From NCBI GenBank assembly GCA_963807715.1, contig CAWECK010000001.1, forward strand, positions 672,638-736,637: DNA of 64,000 bases, in the 5' to 3' direction. The DNA is from an uncultured Planctomycetia bacterium. Its GTDB lineage: Bacteria > Planctomycetota > Planctomycetia > Pirellulales > PALSA-1355. The notes under the pieces are model-generated. The model worked only from the letters and a program-made list of their open reading frames with translations, was not told the DNA's origin and searched no databases. Shown here one piece after another: positions 20,546-30,556 of the stretch (position 1 is the first letter of the stretch; each line of letters starts with the position of its first letter). The translations under genes and the position numbers were made by a program.

Positions 20546-20980
20546 TCAAATCGAGGAATTTTTCAACGTGTTGATTCGCCTCACGATGTGTTGGCTTTCC
20601 TGCGCGGTCCGTATCGCGGTTAAAAGCTCGGCGTTGCTGACCCCTTTGACCAGGTAACCAGCGGCTCCCAGCGAAACGGACCGTTCGACAAAATGCGATT
20701 TTTCATGCGCCGAGTAGACCAGCACCGGCAAACTCGGCTTTTCGCGCTTGATGTGCTCCAGCACGTCAAACCCGCTTTGGTCGGGAAGGCCGATATCCAA
20801 AAGCACAACGTCCACGTCAAGCTCCAACGCCAAGCGAATGGCAGACTCACCGTCTTCGGCTTCGCCGACGATCTCGATTCCGGCCTCCCCACAGACCAAT
20901 CGAAGTCCTTCCCGGATCAGGTCGTGGTCGTCCGCGATCAAAATCCGGAGGGCTGGCTCGTACGATTGAGGCCTGTTCAC
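20546..20980 (-). CDS. Stand-alone response-regulator receiver domain (NarL/FixJ-type REC, no output domain)
   Basis: Probable GTG start at 20980 after GGAG. 'LRILIADDHDLIREGLRLV...VDVVLLDIGLPDQSGFDVLEHIKRE..PVLVYSAHE...GAAGYLVKG' gives the DD, phospho-acceptor D and K signature of receivers. The protein ends ~20 aa after the REC domain. Confidence 0.75.
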   Translation of the reverse strand: MNRPQSYEPALRILIADDHDLIREGLRLVCGEAGIEIVGEAEDGESAIRLALELDVDVVLLDIGLPDQSGFDVLEHIKREKPSLPVLVYSAHEKSHFVERSVSLGAAGYLVKGVSNAELLTAIRTAQESQHIVRRINTLKNSSI

Positions 20981-21309
20981 GACTCGACTCCGATTACGAA
21001 CCTCGTATTTTCCGTTAAACGTCCGAACGAGGCTTCGCAGGCGAGCGGCAGCACTACCAAGGACATCCAGCCTGATTATTGCGATCGGCACGATGAAACA
21101 AATCAGGCAATCCATCATTCCGGCATGGCGGATTCCGCCACCTCACATTCCCACGACAATTGCCCGACTGCGACGACTGATCGCCTAACTCCCCTTTTCG
21201 CAATGAATTGCGGGCCAGCACAGGGGACTGACGATGACGCGAACCCGCTGATAAAATAGAACTCGCGAATCGGCGCCGATGGGCGTCATTCTTGGGCGGA
21301 GGGTACTTC

Positions 21310-24300
21310 GTGGCTGCAAAGAAACCAAGCAAACGCGCTGCTCGCAAATCCGCGAAAAGCGCGGCCCCCCCTCCACACCCGAGCGACGCGGCGGAAGCCG
21401 ACTCTGAAAAGGCGCCGAGCGGTCACCACTATGAACCCGGCTTTCCCGTGGTCGGCATGGGCGCCTCGGCCGGCGGTTTGGAAGCCTTCAAAAGATTTTT
21501 CTCCGCGATGCCCGCCAACAACGGGATGGCCTTTGTCGTCGTTCCGCATCTCGATCCCAAGCAAAAAAGCCTGATGGTCGAATTGCTGGCCAGGCACACG
21601 GCCATGAAGGTTTGCGAAGTCACGGAAGCGACGCAGCTCGAACGGGAACACGTTTACGTGATCCCGCCGAATCATTTCCTAGCCGTCGAGCATGGGCAAT
21701 TGCATTTGACCGCGCCCCGGGAAACCCGCGGCGCAACGGTGGCGATCGATGCTTGCTTTCGTTCCCTCGCTGCCGACCAGGCGGATTGGGCCGCGGGAAT
21801 CATTCTTTCAGGCACTGGCAGCCACGGAGTCTCGGGCTTAAAGGAGATCAAGCTGGCAGGTGGCCTGATCATGGCACAACAGCCGGCGACCGCCGAGTTC
21901 GAACAGATGCCCAGCAGCGCCATAGCGACCGGCATTGTCGATTACATTCTTCCGCCGGAAGAAATGCCGGCGGCACTGATCAAATTTTTCGAGCATGCGA
22001 AACCGGCCAACGGAGCGGCCGCCAGCGTCGCCGAACAGGAGAGTCCCCAACTGCTGGCGGCCATTCTGGGGCTGTTGCGGTCGCGCACCAAGTACGATTT
22101 CAGTTGCTATCGCAAGAACATGTTGCTGCGCCGCATTGAGCGGCGAATGGGCCTTTGCGGAATCTTCGGTCTCTCTGCGTACGTCGATTTTCTGCGGTCA
22201 CACTCCCAGGAAGTCATCGCGCTGCGCAAGGACTTGCTCATCGGAGTCACGGCCTTCTTTCGAGAGCCGGAAAGCTTTCAAACGCTTGACCAGTTGGTCA
22301 TCCACGAACTGATCGGGCGCATGCGCGACGATGTCCCGTTGCGAGTTTGGGTGCCAGCCTGCGCAACGGGGGAAGAGGCCTACTCGATCGCCATGCTGTT
22401 AATCGAAGGCTGTGCCACGGCCAAGCAGACGCCCAACTTTCAAATATTCGCCACCGACGTCGACGAAGATGCGCTGGATTTCGCCCGCAGGGGCCTCTAT
22501 CCGGCAAGCATCGCCGACGACCTCTCGCGGCAGCGGTTGCAGAGATTTTTCGTACCCGCGGACGAGAACCACTATCAAATCAACAAGCAATTGCGCGAAT
22601 CGATTCTCTTTGCTCCCCAAAACCTGACCGTCGACCCCCCCTTCTCCAGGCAAGATTTCGTAAGCTGCCGCAACCTGCTGATTTACCTCGAGCCCGAAGT
22701 TCAACACAAAGTCATCACGCTGTTTCACTTCGCGCTCAAGGAAGGTGGCTACTTGGTCCTGGGACCCTCGGAAACGATCGGCCGTGACACCGACCTTTTC
22801 GAAACCATTTCAAAAAAGTGGCGCGTGTTTCGCCGGATTGGTCCGGCTCGGCGCGACCGGCTCGAGATTCCGAACTTCGCCGGCGAGCGGCCCCGATTGC
22901 AATTCGTGCGCCGCGAGCCTGTCGCTCGGAATCCGGCCGGCTTCAGTCAACTGATGCAGAAGTTGCTGGTGCAGGAATACGCCCCGGCCTCGGTGCTCAT
23001 CAACCGCGCATTCGAAGTCTTTTGCCTGCACGGCGCCACGTCCAACTACCTGGAATTCCCTTCCGGAGAGCCGAGCAAAGACCTGCTGGCTTTGGCGCGG
23101 CCAGGTTTGCCGATGAAAATTCGATCGGCCGTGAATTATGCCGTCCGCGAAGGACAATCGGTCGCCGACGAAACAGCGCGCGTCAAACGAAACGGCACTC
23201 ACGTGCCCTGCACAATCACCGTCAAGCCCTTGCAGAATGCCAAGGACGCCGAGGGACTATTGCTGGTGACGTTTCAGGATCGAGGCGTCGCGGAGGCTGC
23301 CACTGGGCCCGCGACGCATCCAGCCGAGCCACTCGAAGAACAACCCTCGGTCGTCAAACTTCTGGAAGACGAATTGCGGACCACCCGGGAAGAACTGCAA
23401 AGCACCATTGAGGAGTTGGAAGGATCCAACGAGGAGCTCAAAGCGTCCCAGGAAGAGTTGATGTCGATGAACGAAGAGCTGCAATCGGCCAACGAAGAAC
23501 TGGAAACTTCCAAGGAAGAGTTGCAGTCGTTCAACGAGGAATTGACGACGGTAAACAGCCAACTTGAAGAGAAGATCATGCAGTTGGAATCGGCCACCAA
23601 CGACATGACGAATTTACTGGCCAGCAGCGAAATTGCCGTGGTATTTCTCGACGCCGAGCTGTGCATCAAGCGGTTTACGCCGCCAACTGCCAAGCTGTTG
23701 AATTTGCTCAAGAGCGACCTCGGCCGGCCCTTCCGCGATATCTCCCCCAAGTTTACCGATCCGCATTTGTTGGATGATTGTCACCTGGTGCTGGAGAATG
23801 TGATCCCCGACGAGAAAGAGGTCTGGACCGAAGTCAAACATCATCCCTCCAAGCGCGGCGACGCCGCCGAGTATCGGCGGCGCTGGTACCTGCGCCGAGT
23901 CCTTCCGTATCGCGCGAGCGATCAATGCATCGACGGGGTGGTCATCACGCTGGTCGATATCACCGATCGCATGGAGCGCGAAGCGCAGACCCGCCGATTG
24001 TTGACCGTGCTGCGCGACTCGAACGACGGCGTGACGGTGCAGGACATGGACGGGCGAATCACCGATTGGAATCGAGGAGCCGCGCGGATGTACGGCTATT
24101 CCGAAGCCGAGGCCTTGGCCATGAATATCCGAGAGCTCATCCCGCCCAATGGCCAGGCGGCCTACCTGGATCGCATCAGACAGATTGCCCAAGGTCAGCC
24201 GACGGATCCTTTTGACATCCAAATACTGACGAAAGACGGCCGACTGCTCGACGTCTGGCTTACGGCCACACCCTTGCTGGACGAAAACGGCGGTGTGGTT

Positions 24301-25470
24301 GGACTCGCCACAACGGAACGAGACATTACCGACCGCAAAAAAACCGAGCAGGAACTGCGCCAGCTCAACCAGGAATTAGAACAACGCGTGGCCGGACGCA
24401 CCGCGCAGCTTACCGCCGCCAACGAAAAGCTGACCGCCGAAATCGTCGAACGCAAGCTCGCGGAAACCGCGCTGCGCGAAAACGAAGAGCGATTGGCCGC
24501 CATCGTAAAGACGGCCGCCGACGCAATCATTACCATTCGCGACGATGGGACGATCGAAAGCTTCAATCCGGCAGCCCAGCGCATGTTCGGCCATTCGGCT
24601 CAGGAAGCCATCGGGCAGCCCGTCAATATCCTCGTTCCTTCGGCCTACCGGGAAGAACGCGGCGACTTCCTGTCCTATTTCCTGCAAATCGGTCAGCCGG
24701 GCACTGTCGAAGTCGGCCACGAACTCATGGGCCTACGCAAGCAAGGCAAGGTCTTTCCCATCGACCTGGCCGTCAGCGAGGTCCGCGAGGGCAGCCAACG
24801 GCTCTTCACCGGGATCATCCGCGATATTTCCGAACGCAAGGAACTGCAAAAACAGGTCCTGCAAATCGCTGAAGACGAGCAGCGCCGCATCGGCCAGGAC
24901 CTGCACGACAACACCCAGCAAGAGCTCACCGGCTTGGGGATGATCGCACACGGGTTATTCGAAACGTTGAGCACAAAGGGCTTGAATGAAGCCAAAATGG
25001 CGGCCAGGCTCTCGGAGGGAATTGGCCGGGCGCTCGAGAATGTCCGCAAGCTCTCCCGCGGACTGGTCCCCGCGGAGGTCAGTGCCCACGGGCTCACGTT
25101 GGCCTTGGCCGATTTGGCCAAGCGCTCCGGCGAGTTGCAGCCGATCCGTTTTACTTTCCAATGCGACGAGACCGTGGAAGTGAAGGACGACATTGTCGCC
25201 ACGCACTTATACCGCATCGCCCAAGAGGCGATCACGAATGCCCTCAAACATGCCCAAACCGACCACATCACGCTTTCGCTCGCCAAAACCGACGGTCAGA
25301 TTACCTTGGAGGTGCATGACAACGGGCGCGGCATCGATCCTTCGCAAACCGGAAGCTCGGGGATCGGCCTGCAAGTAATGGCCTTCCGGGCCGGGTTGAT
25401 TGGCGGGTCGCTGCGAGTCAACCCGGCGGCGCAGGGCGGGACGCTGGTCACTTGCAAAGTCAGTAGCTGA
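21310..25470 (+). CDS. CheB methylesterase - CheR methyltransferase - coiled coil - PAS x3 - HisKA_3/HATPase sensor kinase fusion, intact
   Basis: GTG 21310 lies 7 nt after GGAGG (ORF-track TTG at 21292). CheB-like 'FPVVGMGASAGGLEAFKRFF'. CheR-like 'YDFSCYRKNMLLRRIERRM...VWVPACATGEEAYSIAMLL'. Heptad region 'EELQSTIEELEGSNEELKASQEELMSMNEELQSANEELETSKEELQSFNEEL'. PAS modules follow. NarX-type H-box 'EQRRIGQDLHDNTQQEL' and 'ITNALKHAQ...DNGRGI' complete the kinase. Confidence 0.85.
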   Translation: MAAKKPSKRAARKSAKSAAPPPHPSDAAEADSEKAPSGHHYEPGFPVVGMGASAGGLEAFKRFFSAMPANNGMAFVVVPHLDPKQKSLMVELLARHTAMKVCEVTEATQLEREHVYVIPPNHFLAVEHGQLHLTAPRETRGATVAIDACFRSLAADQADWAAGIILSGTGSHGVSGLKEIKLAGGLIMAQQPATAEFEQMPSSAIATGIVDYILPPEEMPAALIKFFEHAKPANGAAASVAEQESPQLLAAILGLLRSRTKYDFSCYRKNMLLRRIERRMGLCGIFGLSAYVDFLRSHSQEVIALRKDLLIGVTAFFREPESFQTLDQLVIHELIGRMRDDVPLRVWVPACATGEEAYSIAMLLIEGCATAKQTPNFQIFATDVDEDALDFARRGLYPASIADDLSRQRLQRFFVPADENHYQINKQLRESILFAPQNLTVDPPFSRQDFVSCRNLLIYLEPEVQHKVITLFHFALKEGGYLVLGPSETIGRDTDLFETISKKWRVFRRIGPARRDRLEIPNFAGERPRLQFVRREPVARNPAGFSQLMQKLLVQEYAPASVLINRAFEVFCLHGATSNYLEFPSGEPSKDLLALARPGLPMKIRSAVNYAVREGQSVADETARVKRNGTHVPCTITVKPLQNAKDAEGLLLVTFQDRGVAEAATGPATHPAEPLEEQPSVVKLLEDELRTTREELQSTIEELEGSNEELKASQEELMSMNEELQSANEELETSKEELQSFNEELTTVNSQLEEKIMQLESATNDMTNLLASSEIAVVFLDAELCIKRFTPPTAKLLNLLKSDLGRPFRDISPKFTDPHLLDDCHLVLENVIPDEKEVWTEVKHHPSKRGDAAEYRRRWYLRRVLPYRASDQCIDGVVITLVDITDRMEREAQTRRLLTVLRDSNDGVTVQDMDGRITDWNRGAARMYGYSEAEALAMNIRELIPPNGQAAYLDRIRQIAQGQPTDPFDIQILTKDGRLLDVWLTATPLLDENGGVVGLATTERDITDRKKTEQELRQLNQELEQRVAGRTAQLTAANEKLTAEIVERKLAETALRENEERLAAIVKTAADAIITIRDDGTIESFNPAAQRMFGHSAQEAIGQPVNILVPSAYREERGDFLSYFLQIGQPGTVEVGHELMGLRKQGKVFPIDLAVSEVREGSQRLFTGIIRDISERKELQKQVLQIAEDEQRRIGQDLHDNTQQELTGLGMIAHGLFETLSTKGLNEAKMAARLSEGIGRALENVRKLSRGLVPAEVSAHGLTLALADLAKRSGELQPIRFTFQCDETVEVKDDIVATHLYRIAQEAITNALKHAQTDHITLSLAKTDGQITLEVHDNGRGIDPSQTGSSGIGLQVMAFRAGLIGGSLRVNPAAQGGTLVTCKVSS

Positions 25471-25522
25471 TATGCCATGACTTTCTTTCCCGCACGACAG
25501 CAGCCCTACTCGGAAGAACTGC

Positions 25523-26185
25523 ATGACGAACTCACAGCAACTGGCGAGAATCCTCATCGTCGACGATCACCCGCTGGTTCGCGAAGGCCTGGCGGCCCGT
25601 ATTTCGGCCCAGCCGGACATGCAGGTCTGTGGCGAAGCCGATGATGTAGCCCAGGGATTTGCCAGCTTCGTCGCCGAGAGTCCCGACCTGACAATCGTTG
25701 ACCTGTCTCTGAAGACTGGTCATGGCCTGGACCTGATCAAAGAAGTTCTTGTCCACACTCCCAAGGCCAAGATCCTTGTCATTTCGGCCTACGACGAAAC
25801 ACTCTACGCGGAACGAGCCTTACGAGCGGGCGCCATGGGTTACATTGGCAAAGAGGAATGCCGTGAGAGCGTTATAAGTGCCATCCGCGCCGTGCTCGAG
25901 GGCCGGCGCTATTTGAGCCCGGACATGACCCAAAGACTGGTGGGCCAGGCGATCGCAGGCCGCGACTCGACGCCCGCCACGCCTCTTGTGAAGCTTACCG
26001 ATCGCGAATTGCAGGTCTTCCAACTCATTGGGCAAGGGTTAACCAGCGGCGCCATTGCCAGGCAGCTCCATCTAAGCTCCCACACCATCGACACCCATCG
26101 CGAAAAGATCAAGCTGAAACTCAACTTGAAAAGCGGCGCGGAATTGACGCAGCAAGCCGTGCAATGGGTGCTGGAAAACCGCTGA
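25523..26185 (+). CDS. NarL/FixJ (LuxR)-family response regulator
   Basis: REC domain 'ILIVDDHPLVREGL...DLTIVDLSLKTGHGLDLIKE...ISAYDE'. LuxR HTH 'LTDRELQVFQLIGQGLTSGAIARQLHLSSHTIDTHREKIKLKL'. It lies 52 nt downstream of the HisKA_3 kinase. Confidence 0.9.
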   Translation: MTNSQQLARILIVDDHPLVREGLAARISAQPDMQVCGEADDVAQGFASFVAESPDLTIVDLSLKTGHGLDLIKEVLVHTPKAKILVISAYDETLYAERALRAGAMGYIGKEECRESVISAIRAVLEGRRYLSPDMTQRLVGQAIAGRDSTPATPLVKLTDRELQVFQLIGQGLTSGAIARQLHLSSHTIDTHREKIKLKLNLKSGAELTQQAVQWVLENR

Positions 26186-26399
26186 ACCGCGATACGCGAA
26201 CCGCCGCCCATTCGCACCTCGACCATGGCAGCCTTCAAATTCATGGAAAATCCCGGACGAAATTACCCCTTGATTCCCTCTTGTTTGCAAAGCCGCAGCA
26301 TGGGAAACTTAGGGTCCCGCCTGCGGGTGCCGATAAACACATAGGTGTCGGGGCGCTTCGTACCAACCAGCCAAGCATCGCTTCTGAGGATTTCGTAGC

Positions 26400-27815
26400 A
26401 TGGGCGAGATCGTTCGCGTATGTCCGGGTCCGGTCACTCGCCGCTCGGCGTCTAAGTTTGGTGCCCTGGGCCTGGGGGGATTGGGCCTAGGAGATCTGCT
26501 CCGTTTGCGGGCACAGGCTTCGACAGGCTCGAGCCACAATGATCGATCGGTAATCTTTGTCTGGTTGCCGGGTGGGCCGCCACACATGGAGATGTACGAC
26601 TTGAAGCCCAACGCGCCCAGCGAATATCGGGGCGAGTTTCGACCGATCCGCACCACGGTGCCCGGCATGGAGGTGGGCGAGCTCCTGCCGCTCCACGCCA
26701 AGGTGGCCCATCGCTTCAACATCATTCGATCGATCGCCCATGGCTTCGCCGATCACGGCGGCGGTCATAAGCGGTTCATGACCGCCCGCGATCCGAAAGA
26801 GCCGACCGGCTTTGTGAACGACTTCCCGGCTGTCCCGTCGCAGATCGCGAAGGCGGTCGAGGACCGGAAGCGGGGCGTGCCGAATTATGTCTGCGGCTGC
26901 GACGGGGGACGTCAGCAAATCGATACCTTCTCGTTCGGCAGCGCTTACCTTGGTAATTCAACGCATCCCTTCACGGTGCCAGGCAACCCGGCCGATCCGG
27001 CCTTCAAAGTGGAGAATCTCGCTCCGCTGAAAGGTTTGGAAGAGCGGGTCGACGACCGCGTCGGCCTATTGCGGCAGTTCGACGCATTGCGGCGCGGCAC
27101 TGACAAGAACCGCGAATACGAAGGGATGGACGAGTTTAATCGCCAGGCCTTGGAACTAATCACCAGCGACAAGGCCCGACGAGCGTTCGACCTATCGCAA
27201 GAGCCGGCCGCCATGCGCGACCGTTATGGCCGCCACGCCTATGGACACCGCGCCCTGCTGGCCCGGCGGCTCGTCGAGGCCGGCTGTACGTTTGTCACGA
27301 TGGTCATGGAGAACCCGATTCCCGGCGAAACGCTGCCGAACAACGTGAGCTACAACTGGGACTCGCACGCCGTCAATTGCCATCTGTTCGAGGACGCCAA
27401 AGTACGCTTCCCCTATTACGATCAGGCCGTCACCGCGCTGATCGAAGACCTCTATGCTCGCGGCCTCGACCGCAAGGTAATGCTGGTCGTGACCGGCGAA
27501 TTCGGCCGCACGCCACGGCTGAGCTATGCCAAGGGCACGGCCAACGGCATTATGCAGCCGGGGCGAGATCATTGGGCCAATGCCATGTCGATGATCGTAT
27601 CCGGCGGAGGCATGCGGACCGGGCAAGTGATCGGCGCCACGAACTCGAAAGGGGAGTATCCCACCGAGCGTCCGATGACGCCCAACGACCTGTGGGCCTC
27701 CATGCTGCATTTCCTTGGCATTGATCCCGAGCGAACATTCTTGGATCATGCCGGCCGCCCCATGCCGATCCTTCCCTTCGGCCAGCCAATCTCTGAATTG
27801 GCCCCGGTGGCCTGA
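26400..27815 (+). CDS. DUF1501-domain protein (sulfatase-like fold), intact
   Basis: 'VTRRSASKFGALGLGGLGLGDLLRL...SVIFVWLPGGPPHMEMYDLKP' together with 'LVVTGEFGRTPRL...GRDHW' and 'GGGMRTGQVIGATN' are the family hallmarks as I recall them. Confidence 0.85.
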   Translation: MGEIVRVCPGPVTRRSASKFGALGLGGLGLGDLLRLRAQASTGSSHNDRSVIFVWLPGGPPHMEMYDLKPNAPSEYRGEFRPIRTTVPGMEVGELLPLHAKVAHRFNIIRSIAHGFADHGGGHKRFMTARDPKEPTGFVNDFPAVPSQIAKAVEDRKRGVPNYVCGCDGGRQQIDTFSFGSAYLGNSTHPFTVPGNPADPAFKVENLAPLKGLEERVDDRVGLLRQFDALRRGTDKNREYEGMDEFNRQALELITSDKARRAFDLSQEPAAMRDRYGRHAYGHRALLARRLVEAGCTFVTMVMENPIPGETLPNNVSYNWDSHAVNCHLFEDAKVRFPYYDQAVTALIEDLYARGLDRKVMLVVTGEFGRTPRLSYAKGTANGIMQPGRDHWANAMSMIVSGGGMRTGQVIGATNSKGEYPTERPMTPNDLWASMLHFLGIDPERTFLDHAGRPMPILPFGQPISELAPVA

Positions 27816-27874
27816 CGCCAGCCCTTCGGGTAATCCATGTGCGGGCAGGGTGATCCGTGTATGTGAGCGTGTGC

Positions 27875-27970
27875 GTGTGGCACGCTCTGAGCCTTGCGAA
27901 GGGCGTGGTGGCCACGGCCATGCGATCGCCACTTCACCACGCCCTTCGCAAGGCTCAGAGCGTGCCACAC
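27875..27970. repeat. REP-like palindromic element: 36-bp perfect inverted repeat with 24-nt loop (family copy 1)
   Basis: 'GTGTGGCACGCTCTGAGCCTTGCGAAGGGCGTGGTG' (27875-27910) is the exact reverse complement of 27935-27970. It sits 60 nt after the DUF1501 stop. A related copy is at 30457..30552. Confidence 0.85.
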
Positions 27971-28052
27971 CGGCAATCTTCTTGACTTAGCCCATCGCAG
28001 GGCGCACGATTGGCCTACGATCGCTTCACACCCCACCGCCAGGATACTTTTG

Positions 28053-30414
28053 ATGTCCCGCCTTTCATTTCGCCCCTTCGCGCCGGTGCCGCTGGTTGGC
28101 CTTTGCTCCTTACTTCGCGCACTTTGCATCGTCCCGGCAAATGCCGAACAGCCCGGCGCGATTCCCGGCAGCCAATTGCTCGCCGGCCCCGACGACCGGT
28201 CGGCCGAAATGATGGACGGCCTGCACCGCTACATCGAACGCAAGATCGCGCGATTCGGTCAGACAGCGAGCCCAATACTGGCATCGCGATTTCAGTTCTC
28301 GCGAGGCCTACGAGAAGTCGATCGAGCCGAATCGTGCGACGTTTCTAGAAGATTATCGGCGTGGTCGACGAGCGGTTGCCCGCGCGGCTCGAGCGGTTCG
28401 GCGACGACGACAATCCGGCCCTGCGTGGCCGATACCGACGGGTACAAGATCTACCAGGTGCGCTGGCCGGTGCTCGACGGCGTATGGGGCGAAGGGCTGT
28501 TGCTGGAACCCAAAGGAAATCCAGCGCATTCCGTCGTGGCCTTGCCCGATGCCGATCAAACTCCCGAACAACTTGCCGGGCTTGCGCACGGCGTTCCGCC
28601 CGAGTCGCAATTGGCTCGCCGCCTTGCCGAGCATGGCGTTCAAGTTCTGGTGCCGACGCTTGATCGACCGCTCCGACGAATGGTCGGGCAATCCGACAGA
28701 TCGGCTGGACGAACCAGCCGCATCGCGAATGGATTTATCGCCAGGCCTACCAGATGGGCCGGCACATCATCGGCTACGAAGTGCAAAAAGTCCTGGCCGC
28801 CGTGGATTGCTTCCAAGCGCACGGTGGCAACGCGACCAAGATCGGCGTGGCCGGCTATGGCGAAGGGGGCCTGATCGCCTTCTATGCCGCGGCCGCGGAC
28901 CCGCAGATCGACGCCTGCCTGGTGAGCGGCTATTTCGACGACCGCTCGCCGGCCCTGGGAAGAGCCGCTGTATCGCAACGTTTGGAGCCTATTGCGCGAG
29001 TTCGGCGACGCCGAGATCGCTTCGCTGATCGCCCCGCGCAGCCTGGTGATCGAATACAGCCCCGCTGCCCAACGTCTAGGGACCGCCCGCGGTGCGACCC
29101 GGGCGGCGAAAGGCAGCGGCCGATCGGCGCGATCAACCACGCCGGAATGGTCGCGCGTGCAGGCCGAATTCAAACGGATGGCAATCGCTCGTGCCCGCAG
29201 AACATTACGTTCCGCGAACACTTATTAGCGGCGCAGACGGGCAGCCGGTCGAACCGTTTTCGCAGCCGGCGGTCGAGTCGTTCGCGGCTTTGCTTTCGGT
29301 GCCGGACCCCTTGAAGCTATCCGACGCCAGGCCAGTCGACGGGTCGCGACCAAATTCGATGCCCGCGAGCGTCAGCGGCGCCAGGTGAAGCAATTGGAAG
29401 ATCACGTGCAGCGACTGGTGCGCGGCGCGGACGCAATCCGCGATCGCTTCTATTCGGTGCAAGTCGATCCCAAACAGCCGTCGCTCGAGCAGTTCGTCGC
29501 GAAGATTCCGCAAGTGCCGCAAATACCTGTGGGACGAACTGTTCGGGCGGCTCGACGACCGGCTGCTGCCCGCTGAACCTCCGGTCGCGGCAGGTGTACG
29601 ATCGGCCGCAATGGATCGGCTACGAGGTGGTGCTCGACGTTTATCGAAGACGTATTTGCCTGGGGCATTTTGCTGCTGCCGAAGGATCTGAAGCCGGGCG
29701 AGCGGCGGCCGGTCGTGGTTTGCCAGCATGGCCGCAACGGCGTGCCGCGGGACACGATCGAGGGGGACGACACGGCCTATCACGATTACGCCGCCAGCTG
29801 GCCGATCGCGGGTTCATCGTTTTCGCGCCCCACAATCCGTATCGGGGCGAAGATCGCTACCGGTTTCTCAGCCGCAAGGCGAACTCGGTCAAGGCTTCGC
29901 TGTTCTCGTTCATCCTGGCGCAGCACGAGCAGATTCTGAACTATCCTGGAATCGCTGCCGCAGGTCGACTCCAAGCGGATCGCGTTCTACGGATTGAGCT
30001 ACGGCGGCGAAACGGCCGTGCGCGTGCCGCCGCTGCTGGAGCGCTATTGCCTGTCGATCTGCTCGGCCGACTTCAACGATTGGGCTCGCAAGGTCGCCTC
30101 GACCGACGCCCCTTACAGCTTCATGTTCACGATCGAATGGGAAATGCCCTACTTCGACCTGGGCACGCACGTTCAACTACGCCGAGATGGCGTCGCTGAT
30201 GTTGCCGCGGCCGTTCATGGTCGAGCGTGGCCACGCGGACGGCGTCGCGCCGGACGAGTGGGTGGCCTACGAATATGCCAAGGTCCGCCGGCTGTACGAC
30301 CAGCTCGGCCTGGGCGACCGGACCGAGATCGAGTTCTTCAACGGCCCGCACACGATCAACGGCAAAGGAACGTTCGAGTTCCTGGAAAAGCACCTGCGCC
30401 CAGTGACGAAATAG
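28053..30414 (+). pseudogene. Secreted two-module alpha/beta hydrolase (dienelactone-hydrolase / acetyl-esterase-like), many frame changes
   Basis: ATG 28053 opens 'MSRLSFRPFAPVPLVGLCSLLRALCIVPANA' (signal peptide). Readable segments are spread over ORFs 27894..28874, 28549..29028, 28754..29314 ('HIIGYEVQKVLAAVDCF...KIGVAGYGEGGLIAFYAAA'), 29594..30199, 29670..29939 ('RRPVVVCQHGRNG'), 29994..30725 ('SYGGETAVRVPPLLERY') and 30187..30414 ('RPFMVERGHADGVAPDEW...'). The nucleophile elbow is 'GLSYGG'. Confidence 0.6.
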
Positions 30415-30456
30415 TAGGCTATGGCCCCTGCGACGCGCGTGTGGCACGTCACGCGC

Positions 30457-30552
30457 GTGTGGCACACTCTGAGCCCCGCGAAGGGTGTGGTGAAGCGGCG
30501 CACGCATGGCCATGGCCGCCACGCCCTTCGCTGCACTCAGAGCGTGCCACAC
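30457..30552. repeat. REP-like palindromic element (family copy 2, imperfect), between convergent genes
   Basis: 'GTGTGGCACACTCTGAGCCCCGCGAAGGGTGTGGTG' (30457-30492) pairs imperfectly with '...CCACGCCCTTCGCTGCACTCAGAGCGTGCCACAC' (to 30552). It is preceded by a 15-nt direct repeat 'ACGCGCGTGTGGCAC' at 30433 and 30451. The right arm ends 4 nt from the stop of the minus-strand gene. Confidence 0.8.
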
Positions 30553-30556
30553 GAAG

